The notes: generated from the sequence alone by a model not told the origin. A DNA stretch of 64,000 bases from Balanoglossus misakiensis (GCA_040954595.2 CM082588.2:10710844-10774843), one strand, 5' to 3'; counted from the stretch's first letter, positions 40,901 to 56,251 are shown. Numbers and translations are program-made.

Positions 40901-43900
40901 CTGTGTTTGGTAGCAACCATGGACATTTTAGAACTATCTCTCGATCTACATAGTCTATAGTGGAAAACTTTCTTATGCACATATGCCTATCTATGTGTTC
41001 TGCGCCTCACAACAGAATTCGGTAAATAAACGAGGCTGTTTGGAAGCAACCATGGAAATTTTACAACTATCCGTCGATCTACAGAGTCTAGTGGAAAACG
41101 TTATTATGCGCATAGGCCTATATATGTGTTCTGCGCATCACAACAGAATTTTGTAAACAAACGAGGCTGTGTTTGGAAGCAACCATGGACATTTTAGAAC
41201 TATCTCTCGATCTACAGAGTCTATAGTGGAAAACTTTCTTATGCACATATGCCTATCTATGTGTTCTGCGCCTCACAACAGAATTCGGTAAATAAACGAG
41301 GCTGTTTGGAAGCAACCATGGAAATTTTACAACTATCCGTCGATCTACAGAGTCTAGTGGAAAACGTTATTATGCGCATAGGCCTATCTATGTGTTATGC
41401 GCATCACAACAGAAATCGGTAAATAAACGAGGCTGTATTTGGAAGCAACCATGAAATTTTACAACTATCCGTCGATCTACAGAGTCTGGTGGAAAACTTC
41501 CTTATGCGCATAGACCTATTACGTGTTCTGCGCCTCACAACAGAATTCGGTAAATAAACGAGGCTGTTTGGAAGCAACCATGGACATTGTACAACTATCC
41601 GTCGATCTACACAGTCTAGTGGAAAACGTTCTTATGCGCATAGGCCTATCTATGTGTTATGCGCATCACAACAGAAATCGCTAAATAAACGAGGCTGTAT
41701 TTGGAAGCAACCATGAAATTTTACAACTATCCGTCGATCTACAGAGTCTAGTGGAAAAATGTCTCATGCGCATAGGCCTATCATGTGTTCTGCGCCTCAC
41801 AACAGAAATCGGTAAATAAACGAGGCTGTTTGGAAGCAACCATGGAAATTTTACAGCTATCCGTCGATCTACAGAGTCTAGTGGAAACGTTCTTATGCGC
41901 ATAGGCCTATATATGTGTTCTGCGCATCACAACAGAATTTTGTAAACAAACGAGGCTGTGTTTGGTAGCAACCATGGACATTTTAGAACTATCTCTCGAT
42001 CTACAGAGTCTATAGTGGAAAACTTTCTTATGCACATATGCCTATCTATGTGTTCTGCGCCTCACAACAGAATTCGGTAAATAAACGAGGCTGTTTGGAA
42101 GCAACCATGGAAATTTTACAACTATCCGTCGATCTACAGAGTCTAGTGGAAAACGTTATTATGCGCATAGGCCTATATATGTGTTCTGCGCATCACAACA
42201 GAATTTTGTAAACAAACGAGGCTGTGTTTGGAAGCAACCATGGACATTTTAGAACTATCTCTCGATCTACAGAGTCTATAGTGGAAAACTTTCTTATGCA
42301 CATATGCCTATCTATGTGTTCTGCGCCTCACAACAGAATTCGGTAAATAAACGAGGCTGTTTGGAAGCAACCATGGAAATTTTACAACTATCCGTCGATC
42401 TACAGAGTCTAGTGGAAAACGTTATTATGCGCATAGGCCTATATATGTGTTCTGCGCATCACAACAGAATTTTGTAAACAAACGAGGCTGTGTTTGGAAG
42501 CAACCATGGAAATTTTAGAACTATCTCTCGATCTACAGAGTCTAGTGGAAAACTTTATTATGCACATATGCCTATCTATGTGTTCTGCGCATCACAACAG
42601 AAATCGGTAAATAAACGAGGCTGTTTGGAAGCAACCATGGAAATTTTACAGCTATCCGTCGATCTACAGAGTCTAGTGGAAACGTTCTTATGCGCATAGG
42701 CCTATATATGTGTTCTGCGCATCACAACAGAATTTTGTAAACAAACGAGGCTGTGTTTGGTAGCAACCATGGACATTTTAGAACTATCTCTCGATCTACA
42801 GAGTCTATAGTGGAAAACTTTCTTATGCACATATGCCTATCTATGTGTTCTGCGCCTCACAACAGAATTCGGTAAATAAACGAGGCTGTTTGGAAGCAAC
42901 CATGGAAATTTTACAACTATCCGTCGATCTACAGAGTCTAGTGGAAAACGTTATTATGCGCATAGGCCTATATATGTGTTCTGCGCATCACAACAGAATT
43001 TTGTAAACAAACGAGGCTGTGTTTGGAAGCAACCATGGACATTTTAGAACTATCTCTCGATCTACAGAGTCTATAGTGGAAAACTTTCTTATGCACATAT
43101 GCCTATCTATGTGTTCTGCGCCTCACAACAGAATTCGGTAAATAAACGAGGCTGTTTGGAAGCAACCATGGAAATTTTACAACTATCCGTCGATCTACAG
43201 AGTCTAGTGGAAAACGTTATTATGCGCATAGGCCTATATATGTGTTCTGCGCATCACAACAGAATTTTGTAAACAAACGAGGCTGTGTTTGGAAGCAACC
43301 ATGGAAATTTTAGAACTATCTCTCGATCTACAGAGTCTAGTGGAAAACTTTATTATGCACATATGCCTATCTATGTGTTCTGCGCATCACAACAGAAATC
43401 GGTAAATAAACGAGGCTGTTTGGAAGCAACCATGGAAATTTTACAGCTATCCGTCGATCTACAGAGTCTAGTGGAAACGTTCTTATGCGCATAGGCCTAT
43501 ATATGTGTTCTGCGCATCACAACAGAATTTTGTAAACAAACGAGGCTGTGTTTGGTAGCAACCATGGACATTTTAGAACTATCTCTCGATCTACAGAGTC
43601 TATAGTGGAAAACTTTCTTATGCACATATGCCTATCTATGTGTTCTGCGCCTCACAACAGAATTCGGTAAATAAACGAGGCTGTTTGGAAGCAACCATGG
43701 AAATTTTACAACTATCCGTCGATCTACAGAGTCTAGTGGAAAACGTTATTATGCGCATAGGCCTATATATGTGTTCTGCGCATCACAACAGAATTTTGTA
43801 AACAAACGAGGCTGTGTTTGGAAGCAACCATGGAAATTTTAGAACTATCTCTCCATCTACAGAGTCTAGTGGAAAACGTTATTATGCGCATAGGCCTATC

Positions 43901-44520
43901 TATGTGTTCTGCGCATCACAACAGAAATCGGTAAATAAACGAGGCTGTTTGGAAGCAACCATGGAAATTTTACAACTATCCGTCGATCTACAGAGTCTGG
44001 TGGAAAACTTTCTTATGCGCATAGGCCTATTACGTGCTCTGCGCCTCACAACAGAATTCGGTAAATAAACGAGGCTGTTTGGAAGCAATCATGGAAATTT
44101 TAGAACTATCCGTCGATCTACAGAGTCTAGTGGGAAACTTTCTTATGCGCATAGGCATATGTATGTGTTCAGCGCATCACAACAGAATTTTATAAATGAA
44201 CGAGGCTGTGTTTGGAAACAACCATGGAAATTTTACAACTATCCGTCGATCTACGGAGTCTGGTGGAAAACTTTCTTATGCGCATAGGCCTATCATGTGT
44301 TCTGCGCCTCACAACAGAAATCGGTAAATAAACGAGGCTGTTTGGAAGCAACCATGGAAATTGTACAACTATCCGTCGATCTACATAGTCTAGTGGAAAA
44401 CGTTCTTATGCGCATAGGCCTATCTATGTGTTATGCGCATCACAACAGAAATCGGTAAATAAACGAGGCTGTATTTGGAAGCAATCATGAAATTTTACAA
44501 CTATCCGTCGATCTACAGAG
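31950..44520. repeat. Large tandem duplication, offset 6192 bp (~47 monomers); the second copy has an internal 795-bp hexamer duplication
   Basis: Translations at 32155/38347, 33664/39856 and 36298/42490. Private SNP pairs at 35420/41612 (offset 6192) and 36867/43854 (6987 = 6192+795). Translations at 42490/43285 are offset by 795. Confidence 0.87.
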
Positions 44521-45439
44521 TCTAGTGGAAAACGTTATTATGCGCATAGGCCTATCTATGTGTTATGCGCATCACAACAGAAATCGGTAAATAAACGAGG
44601 CTGTATTTGGAAGCAACCATGAAATTTTACAACTATCCGTCGATCTACAGAGTCTGGTGGAAAACGTTCTTATGCGCATAGGCCTGTCTATGTGTTATGC
44701 GCATCACAACAGAAATCGGTAAATAAACGAGGCTGTGTTTGGAAGCAACCATGGACATTTTAGAACTATCTCTCGATCTACAGAGTCTATAGTGGAAAAC
44801 TTTCTTATGCACATATGCCTATCTATGTGTTCTGCGCCTCACAACAGAAATCGGTAAATAAACGAGGCTGTTTAAAAGCAACCATGGAAATTTTACAGCT
44901 ATCCGTCGATCTACAGAGTCTAGTGGAAACGTTCTTATGCGCATAGGCCTATATATGTGTTCTGCGCATCACAACAGAATTTTGTGAACAAACGAGGCTG
45001 TGTTTGGAAGCAACCATGGACATTTTAGAACTATCTCTCGATCTACAGAGTCTATAGTGGAAAACTTTCTTATGCACATATGCCTATCTATGTGTTCTGC
45101 GCCTCACAACAGAATTCGGTAAATAAACGAGGCTGTTTGGAAGCAACCATGGAAATTTTACAACTATCCGTCGATCTACAGAGTCTAGTGGAAAACGTTA
45201 TTATGCGCATAGGCCTATATATGTGTTCTGCGCATCACAACAGAATTTTGTAAACAAACGAGGCTGTGTTTGGAAGCAACCATGGCAATTTTAGAACTAT
45301 CTCTCGATCTACAGAGTCTAGTGGAAAACTTTATTATGCACATATGCCTATATATGTGTTCTGCGCATCACAACAGAAATCGGTAAATAAACGAGGCTGT
45401 TTGGAAGCAACCATGGAAATTTTACAACTATCCGTCGAT

Positions 45440-48400
45440 CTACAGAGTCTATAGTGGAAAACTTTCTTATGCACATATGCCTATCTATGTGTTCTGCGCC
45501 TCACAACAGAAATCGGTAAATAAACGAGGCTGTTTAAAAGCAACCATGGAAATTTTACAGCTATCCGTCGATCTACAGAGTCTAGTGGAAACGTTCTTAT
45601 GCGCATAGGCCTATATATGTGTTCTGCGCATCACAACAGAATTTTGTAAACAAACGAGGCTGTGTTTGGAAGCAACCATGGACATTTTAGAACTATCTCT
45701 CGATCTACAGAGTCTATAGTGGAAAACTTTCTTATGCACATATGCCTATATATGTGTTCTGCGCATCACAACAGAATTTTGTAAACAAACGAGGCTGTGT
45801 TTGGTAGCAACCATGGACATTTTAGAACTATCTCTCGATCTACAGAGTCTATAGTGGAAAACTTTCTTATGCACATATGCCTATCTATGTGTTCTGCGCC
45901 TCACAACAGAATTCGGTAAATAAACGAGGCTGTTTGGAAGCAACCATGGAAATTTTACAACTATCCGTCGATCTACAGAGTCTAGTGGAAAACGTTATTA
46001 TGCGCATAGGCCTATATATGTGTTCTGCGCATCACAACAGAATTTTGTAAACAAACGAGGCTGTGTTTGGAAGCAACCATGGAAATTTTAGAACTATCTC
46101 TCGATCTACAGAGTCTAGTGGAAAACTTTATTATGCACATATGCCTATCTATGTGTTCTGCGCATCACAACAGAAATCGGTAAATAAACGAGGCTGTTTG
46201 GAAGCAACCATGGAAATTTTACAACTATCCGTCGATCTACAGAGTCTGGTAGAAAACTTTCTTATGCGCATAGGCCTATTACGTGCTCTGCGCCTCACAA
46301 CAGAATTCGGTAAATAAACGAGGCTGTTTGGAAGCAACCATGGAAATTTTAGAACTATCCGTCGATCTACAGAGTCTAGTGGAAAAATGTCTTATGCGCA
46401 TAGGCCTATCATGTGTTCTGTGCCTCACAACAGAAATCGGTAAATAAACGAGGCTGTTTGGAAGCAACCATGGAAATTGTACAACTATCCGTCGATCTAC
46501 AGAGTCTAGTGGAAAACGTTCTTATGCGCATAGGCCTATCTATGTGTTATGCGCATCACAACAGAAATCGGTAAATAAACGAGGCTGTATTTGGAAGCAA
46601 CCATGAAATTTTACAACTATCCGTCGATCTACAGAGTCTGGTGGAAAACGTCCTTATGCGCATAGACCTATTACGTGTTCTGCGCCTCACAACAGAATTC
46701 GGTAAATAAACGAGGCTGTTTGGAAGCAACCATGGACATTGTACAACTATCCGTCGATCTACAAAGTCTAGTGGAAAACGTTCTTATGCGCATAGGCCTA
46801 TCTATGTGTTATGCGCATCACAACAGAAATCGCTAAATAAACGAGGCTGTATTTGGAAGAAACCATGAAATTTTACAACTATCCGTCGATCTACAGAGTC
46901 TAGTGGAAAAATGTCTCATGCGCATAGGCATATCATGTGTTCTGCGCCTCACAACAGAAATCGGTAAATAAACGAGGCTGTTTGGAAGCAACCATGGAAA
47001 TTTTACAGCTATCCGTCGATCTACAGAGTCTAGTGGAAACGTTCTTATGCGCATAGGCCTATATATGTGTTCTGCGCATCACAACAGAATTTTGTAAACA
47101 AACGAGGCTGTGTTTGGTAGCAACCATGGACATTTTAGAACTATCTCTCGATCTACAGAGTCTATAGTGGAAAACTTTCTTATGCACATATGCCTATCTA
47201 TGTGTTCTGCGCCTCACAACAGAATTCGGTAAATAAACGAGGCTGTTTGGAAGCAACCATGGAAATTTTACAACTATCCGTCGATCTACAGAGTCTAGTG
47301 GAAAACGTTATTATGCGCATAGGCCTATCTATGTGTTCTGCGCATCACAACAGAAATCGGTAAATAAACGAGGCTGTTTGGAAGCAACCATGGAAATTTT
47401 ACAACTATCCGTCGATCTACAGAGTCTGGTGGAAAACTTTCTTATGCGCATAGGCCTATTACGTGCTCTGCGCCTCACAACAGAATTCGGTAAATAAACG
47501 AGGCTGTTTGGAAGCAATCATGGAAATTTTAGAACTATCCGTCGATCTACAGAGTCTAGTGGGAAACTTTCTTATGCGCATAGGCATATGTATGTGTTCA
47601 GCGCATCACAACAGAATTTTATAAATGAACGAGGCTGTGTTTGGAAACAACCATGGAAATTTTACAACTATCCGTCGATCTACGGAGTCTGGTGGAAAAC
47701 TTTCTTATGCGCATAGGCCTATCATGTGTTCTGCGCCTCACAACAGAAATCGGTAAATAAACGAGGCTGTTTGGAAGCAACCATGGAAATTGTACAACTA
47801 TCCGTCGATCTACATAGTCTAGTGGAAAACGTTCTTATGCGCATAGGCCTATCTATGTGTTATGCGCATCACAACAGAAATCGGTAAATAAACGAGGCTG
47901 TATTTGGAAGCAATCATGAAATTTTACAACTATCCGTCGATCTACAGAGTCTGGTGGAAAACTTCCTTATGCGCATAGACCTATTACGTGTTCTGCGCCT
48001 CACAACAGAATTCGGTAAATAAACGATGCTGTTTGGAAGCAACCATGGAAATTGTACAACTATCCGTCGATCTACAGAGTCTAGTGGAAAACGTTCTTAT
48101 GCGCATAGGCCTATCTATGTGTTATGCGCATCACAACAGAAATCGGTAAATAAACGAGGCTGTGTTTGGAAGCAACCATGGACATTTTAGAACTATCTCT
48201 CGATCTACAGAGTCTATAGTGGAAAACTTTCTTATGCACATATGCCTATCTATGTGTTCTGCGCCTCACAACAGAAATCGGTAAATAAACGAGGCTGTTT
48301 AAAAGCAACCATGGAAATTTTACAGCTATCCGTCGATCTACAGAGTCTAGTGGAAACGTTCTTATGCGCATAGGCCTATATATGTGTTCTGCGCATCACA

Positions 48401-50870
48401 ACAGAATTTTGTGAACAAACGAGGCTGTGTTTGGAAGCAACCATGGACATTTTAGAACTATCTCTCGATCTACAGAGTCTATAGTGGAAAACTTTCTTAT
48501 GCACATATGCCTATCTATGTGTTCTGCGCCTCACAACAGAAATCGGTAAATAAACGAGGCTGTTTGGAAGCAACCATGGAAATTTTACAACTATCCGTCG
48601 ATCTACAGAGTCTGGTGGAAAACTTTCTTATGCGCATAGGCCTATTACGTGCTCTGCGCCTCACAACAGAATTCGGTAAATAAACGAGGCTGTTTGGAAG
48701 CAACCATGGAAATTTTAGAACTATCCGTCGATCTACAGAGTCTAGTGGAAAAATGTCTTATGCGCATAGGCCTATCATGTGTTCTGTGCCTCACAACAGA
48801 AATCGGTAAATAAACGAGGCTGTTTGGAAGCAACCATGGAAATTGTACAACTATCCGTCGATCTACAGAGTCTAGTGGAAAACGTTCTTATGCGCATAGG
48901 CCTATCTATGTGTTATGCGCATCACAACAGAAATCGGTAAATAAACGAGGCTGTAATTGGAAGCAACCATGGAAATTGTACAACTATCCATCGATCTACA
49001 GAGTCTATAGTGGAAAACTTTCTTATGCACATATGCCTATCTATGTGTTCTGCGCCTCACAACAGAAATCGGTAAATAAACGAGGCTGTTTAAAAGCAAC
49101 CATGGAAATTTTACAGCTATCCGTCGATCTACAGAGTCTAGTGGAAACGTTCTTATGCGCATAGGCCTATATATGTGTTCTGCGCATCACAACAGAATTT
49201 TGTAAACAAACGAGGCTGTGTTTGGAAGCAACCATGGACATTTTAGAACTATCTCTCGATCTACAGAGTCTATAGTGGAAAACTTTCTTATGCACATATG
49301 CCTATATATGTGTTCTGCGCATCACAACAGAATTTTGTAAACAAACGAGGCTGTGTTTGGTAGCAACCATGGACATTTTAGAACTATCTCTCGATCTACA
49401 GAGTCTATAGTGGAAAACTTTCTTATGCACATATGCCTATCTATGTGTTCTGCGCCTCACAACAGAATTCGGTAAATAAACGAGGCTGTTTGGAAGCAAC
49501 CATGGAAATTTTACAACTATCCGTCGATCTACAGAGTCTAGTGGAAAACGTTATTATGCGCATAGGCCTATATATGTGTTCTGCGCATCACAACAGAATT
49601 TTGTAAACAAACGAGGCTGTGTTTGGAAGCAACCATGGAAATTTTAGAACTATCTCTCGATCTACAGAGTCTAGTGGAAAACTTTATTATGCACATATGC
49701 CTATCTATGTGTTCTGCGCATCACAACAGAAATCGGTAAATAAACGAGGCTGTTTGGAAGCAACCATGGAAATTTTACAACTATCCGTCGATCTACAGAG
49801 TCTGGTAGAAAACTTTCTTATGCGCATAGGCCTATTACGTGCTCTGCGCCTCACAACAGAATTCGGTAAATAAACGAGGCTGTTTGGAAGCAACCATGGA
49901 AATTTTAGAACTATCCGTCGATCTACAGAGTCTAGTGGAAAAATGTCTTATGCGCATAGGCCTATCATGTGTTCTGTGCCTCACAACAGAAATCGGTAAA
50001 TAAACGAGGCTGTTTGGAAGCAACCATGGAAATTGTACAACTATCCGTCGATCTACAGAGTCTAGTGGAAAACGTTCTTATGCGCATAGGCCTATCTATG
50101 TGTTATGCGCATCACAACAGAAATCGGTAAATAAACGAGGCTGTATTTGGAAGCAACCATGAAATTTTACAACTATCCGTCGATCTACAGAGTCTGGTGG
50201 AAAACTTCCTTATGCGCATAGACCTATTACGTGTTCTGCGCCTCACAACAGAATTCGGTAAATAAACGAGGCTGTTTGGAAGCAACCATGGACATTGTAC
50301 AACTATCCGTCGATCTACAAAGTCTAGTGGAAAACGTTCTTATGCGCATAGGCCTATCTATGTGTTATGCGCATCACAACAGAAATCGCTAAATAAACGA
50401 GGCTGTATTTGGAAGCAACCATGAAATTTTACAACTATCCGTCGATCTACAGAGTCTAGTGGAAAAATGTCTCATGCGCATAGGCATATCATGTGTTCTG
50501 CGCCTCACAACAGAAATCGGTAAATAAACGAGGCTGTTTGGAAGCAACCATGGAAATTTTACAGCTATCCGTCGATCTACAGAGTCTAGTGGAAACGTTC
50601 TTATGCGCATAGGCCTATATATGTGTTCTGCGCATCACAACAGAATTTTGTAAACAAACGAGGCTGTGTTTGGTAGCAACCATGGACATTTTAGAACTAT
50701 CTCTCGATCTACAGAGTCTATAGTGGAAAACTTTCTTATGCACATATGCCTATCTATGTGTTCTGCGCCTCACAACAGAATTCGGTAAATAAACGAGGCT
50801 GTTTGGAAGCAACCATGGAAATTTTACAACTATCCGTCGATCTACAGAGTCTAGTGGAAAACGTTATTAT
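45440..50870. repeat. Duplicated ~1.9-kb block, offset 3556 bp (27 monomers)
   Basis: Private variant CTGGTAGAAAAC (A at 46251 and 49807) and shared GGCATATCATG. Translations at 46063/49619 and 46833/50389. Confidence 0.8.
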
Positions 50871-53800
50871 GCGCATAGGCCTATATATGTGTTCTGCGCA
50901 TCACAACAGAATTTTGTAAACAAACGAGGCTGTGTTTGGAAGCAACCATGGACATTTTAGAACTATCTCTCGATCTACAGAGTCTATAGTGGAAAACTTT
51001 CTTATGCACATATGCCTATCTATGTGTTCTGCGCCTCACAACAGAATTCGGTAAATAAACGAGGCTGTTTGGAAGCAACCATGGAAATTTTACAACTATC
51101 CGTCGATCTACAGAGTCTAGTGGAAAACGTTATTATGCGCATAGGCCTATATATGTGTTCTGCGCATCACAACAGAATTTTGTAAACAAACGAGGCTGTG
51201 TTTGGAAGCAACCATGGAAATTTTAGAACTATCTCTCGATCTACAGAGTCTAGTGGAAAACTTTATTATGCACATATGCCTATCTATGTGTTCTGCGCAT
51301 CACAACAGAAATCGGTAAATAAACGAGGCTGTTTGGAAGCAACCATGGAAATTTTACAACTATCCGTCGATCTACAGAGTCTGGTGGAAAACTTTCTTAT
51401 GCGCATAGGCCTATTACGTGCTCTGCGCCTCACAACAGAATTCGGTAAATAAACGAGGCTGTTTGGAAGCAACCATGGAAATTTTAGAACTATCCGTCGA
51501 TCTACAGAGTCTAGTGGAAAAATGTCTTATGCGCATAGGCCTATCATGTGTTCTGCGCCTCACAACAGAATTCGGTAAATAAACGAGGCTGTTTGGAAGC
51601 AACCATGGACATTGTACAACTATCCGTCGATCTACAAAGTCTAGTGGAAAACGTTCTTATGCGCATAGGCCTATCTATGTGTTATGCGCATCACAACAGA
51701 AATCGCTAAATAAACGAGGCTGTATTTGGAAGCAACCATGAAATTTTACAACTATCCGTCGATCTACAGAGTCTAGTGGAAAAATGTCTCATGCGCATAG
51801 GCCTATCATGTGTTCTGCGCCTCACAACAGAAATCGGTAAATAAACGAGGCTGTTTGGAAGCAACCATGGAAATTTTACAGCTATCCGTCGATCTACAGA
51901 GTCTAGTGGAAACGTTCTTATGCGCATAGGCCTATATATGTGTTCTGCGCATCACAACAGAATTTTGTAAACAAACGAGGCTGTGTTTGGTAGCAACCAT
52001 GGACATTTTAGAACTATCTCTCGATCTACAGAGTCTATAGTGGAAAACTTTCTTATGCACATATGCCTATCTATGTGTTCTGCGCCTCACAACAGAATTC
52101 GGTAAATAAACGAGGCTGTTTGGAAGCAACCATGGAAATTTTACAACTATCCGTCGATCTACAGAGTCTAGTGGAAAACGTTATTATGCGCATAGGCCTA
52201 TATATGTGTTCTGCGCATCACAACAGAATTTTGTAAACAAACGAGGCTGTGTTTGGAAGCAACCATGGACATTTTAGAACTATCTCTCGATCTACAGAGT
52301 CTATAGTGGAAAACTTTCTTATGCACATATGCCTATCTATGTGTTCTGCGCCTCACAACAGAATTCGGTAAATAAACGAGGCTGTTTGGAAGCAACCATG
52401 GAAATTTTACAACTATCCGTCGATCTACAGAGTCTAGTGGAAAACGTTATTATGCGCATAGGCCTATATATGTGTTCTGCGCATCACAACAGAATTTTGT
52501 AAACAAACGAGGCTGTGTTTGGAAGCAACCATGGAAATTTTAGAACTATCTCTCGATCTACAGAGTCTAGTGGAAAACTTTATTATGCACATATGCCTAT
52601 CTATGTGTTCTGCGCATCACAACAGAAATCGGTACATAAACGAGGCTGTTTGGAAGCAACCATGGAAATTTTACAACTATCCGTCGATCTACAGAGTCTG
52701 TTGGAAAACTTTCTTATGCGCATAGGCCTATTACGTGCTCTGCGCCTCACAACAGAATTCGGTAAATAAACGAGGCTGTTTGGAAGCAACCATGGAAATT
52801 TTAGAACTATCCGTCGATCTACAGAGTCTAGTGGAAAAATGTCTTATGCGCATAGGCCTATCATGTGTTCTGCGCCTCACAACAGAAATCGGTAAATAAA
52901 CGAGGCTGTTTGGAAGCAACCATGGAAATTGTACAACTATCCGTCGATCTACAGAGTCTAGTGGAAAACGTTCTTATGCGCATAGGCCTATCTATGTGTT
53001 ATGCGCATCACAACAGAAATCGGTAAATAAACGAGGCTGTATTTGGAAGCAACCATGAAATTTTACAACTATCCGTCGATCTACAGAGTCTGGTGGAAAA
53101 CTTCCTTATGCGCATAGACCTATTACGTGTTCTGCGCCTCACAACACAATTCGGTAAATAAACGAGGCTGTTTGGAAGCAACCATGGACATTGTACAACT
53201 ATCCGTCGATCTACAAAGTCTAGTGGAAAACGTTCTTATGCGCATAGGCCTATCTATGTGTTATGCGCATCACAACAGAAATCGCTAAATAAACGAGGCT
53301 GTATTTGGAAGCAACCATGAAATTTTACAACTATCCGTCGATCTACAGAGTCTAGTGGAAAAATGTCTCATGCGCATAGGCCTATCATGTGTTCTGCGCC
53401 TCACAACAGAAATCGGTAAATAAACGAGGCTGTTTGGAAGCAACCATGGAAATTGTATAGCTATCCGTCGATCTACAGAGTCTAGTGGAAACGTTCTTAT
53501 GCGCATAGGCCTATATATGTGTTCTGCGCATCACAACAGAATTTTGTAAACAAACGAGGCTGTGTTTGGTAGCAACCATGGACATTTTAGAACTATCTCT
53601 CGATCTACAGAGTCTATAGTGGAAAACTTTCTTATGCACATATGCCTATCTATGTGTTCTGCGCCTCACAACAGAATTCGGTAAATAAACGAGGCTGTTT
53701 GGAAGCAACCATGGAAATTTTACAACTATCCGTCGATCTACAGAGTCTAGTGGAAAACGTTATTATGCGCATAGGCCTATATATGTGTTCTGCGCATCAC

Positions 53801-56246
53801 AACAGAATTTTGTAAACAAACGAGGCTGTGTTTGGAAGCAACCATGGACATTTTAGAACTATCTCTCGATCTACAGAGTCTATAGTGGAAAACTTTCTTA
53901 TGCACATAGGCCTATCTATGTGTTCTGTGCCTCACAACAGAATTCGGTAAATAAACGAGGCTGTTTGGAAGCAACCATGGAAATTTTACAACTATCCGTC
54001 GATCTACAGAGTCTAGTGGAAAACGTTCTTATGCGCATAGGCCTATATATGTGTTCTGCGCATCACAAAAGAGTTTTGTAAACAAACGAGGCTGTGTTTG
54101 AAAGCAACCATGGACATTTTAGAACTATCTCTCGATCTACAGAGTCTATAGTGGAAAACTTTCTTATGCACATAGGCCTATCTATGTGTTCTGTGCCTCA
54201 CAACAGAATTCGGTAAATAAACGAGGCTGTTTGGAAGCAACCATGGAAATTTTAGAACTATCCGTCGATCTACAGAGTCTAGTGGAAAACGTTCTTATGC
54301 GCATAGGCCTATATATGTGTTCTGCGCATCACAACAGAATTTTGTAAACAAACGAGGCTGTGTTTGGAAGCAACCATGGAAATTTTAGAACTATCTCTCG
54401 ATGTACAGAGTCTATAGTGGAAAACTTTCTTATGCACATAGGCCTATCTATGTGTTCTGTGCCTCACAACAGAATTCGGTAAATAAACGAGGCTGTTTGG
54501 AAGCAACCATGGAAATTTTACAACTATCCGTCGATCTACAGAGTCTAGTGGAAAACGTTCTTATGCGCATAGGCCTATATATGTGTTCTGCGCATCACAA
54601 AAGAGTTTTGTAAACAAACGAGGCTGTGTTTGAAAGCAACCATGGACATTTTAGAACTATCTCTCGATCTACAGAGTCTATAGTGGAAAACTTTCTTATG
54701 CACATAGGCCTATCTATGTGTTCTGTGCCTCACAACAGAATTCGGTAAATAAACGAGGCTGTTTGGAAGCAACCATGGAAATTTTAGAACTATCCGTCGA
54801 TCTACAGAGTCTAGTGGAAAACGTTCTTATGCGCATAGGCCTATATATGTGTTCTGCGCATCACAACAGAATTTTGTAAACAAACGAGGCTGTGTTTGGA
54901 AGCAACCATGGAAATTTTAGAACTATCTCTCGATGTACAGAGTCTATAGTGGAAAACTTTCTTATGCACATATGCCTATCTATGTGTTCTGCGCCTCAAA
55001 ACAGAATTCCGTAAATAAACGAGGCTGTTTGGAAGCAAACATGGAAATTTTAGAACTAACTCTCGATCTACAGAGTATAGTGGAAAACGTTCATATGCGC
55101 ATAGGCCTATCTATGTGTTCTGCGCATCACAACAGAATTTTGTAAACAAACCAGGCTTTGTTTGGAAGCAACCATGGACATTTTAGAACTATTCGTCGAT
55201 CTACGGAGTCTAGTGGAAAACTTTCTTATGCGCATAGGCATATGTATGTGTTCTACGCATCACAACAGAATTCGGTAAATAAACGAGGCTGTTTGGAAAC
55301 AACCATGGAAATTTTTGAACTATCCGTTGATCTAAAGTTGAAAAGTTTTTTATGCGCATAGGCCTATCTATGTGTTCTGCGCCTCACAACAGAAATCGGT
55401 AAATAAACGAGGCTGTTTGGAAGCAACCATGGAAATTTTACAACTATCTCTCGATCTACAGAGTCTATAGTGGAAAACTTTCTTATTCACATATGCCTAT
55501 CTATGTGTTCTGCGCCTCAAAACAGAATTCCGCAAATAAACGAGGCTGTTTGGAAGCAAACATGGAAGTTTTAGAACTATCTCTCGATCTACAGTGTATA
55601 GTGGAAAACGTTCATATGCGCATAGGCCTATCTATGTGTTCTGCGCATCACAACAGAATTTTGTAAATAATCGAGGATGTGTTTGGAAGCAATCATGGAA
55701 ATTTTAGAACTATCCGTCGATCTACAGAGTCTAGTGGAAACTTTCTTATGCGCATAGGCATATGTATGTGTTCAGCGCATAACAACAGAATTTTGTAAAT
55801 GAACGAGGCTGTGTTTGGAAACAACCATGGAAATTTTACAACTATCCGTCGATCTACGGAGTCTGGTGGAAAACTTTCTTATGCGCATAGGCCTATCATG
55901 TGTTCTGCGCCTCACAACAGAAATCGGTAAATAAACGAGGCTGTTTGGAAGCAACCATGGAAATTGTACAACTATCCGTCGATCTACAGAGTCTAGTGGA
56001 AACGTTCTTATGCGCATAGGCCTATATATGTGTTCTGCGCATCACAACAGAATTTTGTAAACAAACGAGGCTGTGTTTGGTAGCAACCATGGACATTTTA
56101 GAACTATCTCTCGATCTACAGAGTCTATAGTGGAAAACTTTCTTATGCACATATGCCTATCTATGTGTTCTGCGCCTCACAACAGAATTCGGTAAATAAA
56201 CGAGGCTGTTTGGAAGCAACCATGGAAATTTTACAACTATCCGTCG

Positions 56247-56251
56247 ATCTA
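56247..56251 (+). repeat. Target-site duplication ATCTA, left copy
   Basis: The empty monomer reads CCGTCG-ATCTA-CAGAG. Here it reads CCGTCG-ATCTA-[LINE]-ATCTA-CAGAG. Confidence 0.85.

Larger units (their letters stand above)
1..56251. repeat. Tandem satellite DNA array, ~131-bp monomer (part left of the LINE insertion; continues beyond window start)
   Basis: Motifs AAACGAGG, GGAAGCAACCATGG, CGATCTAC, TATGCGCATAGG and CACAACAGAA recur every 130-135 bp in the same orientation (e.g. AAACGAGG at 721 and 852, 131 bp apart). No unique sequence seen. Confidence 0.99.
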
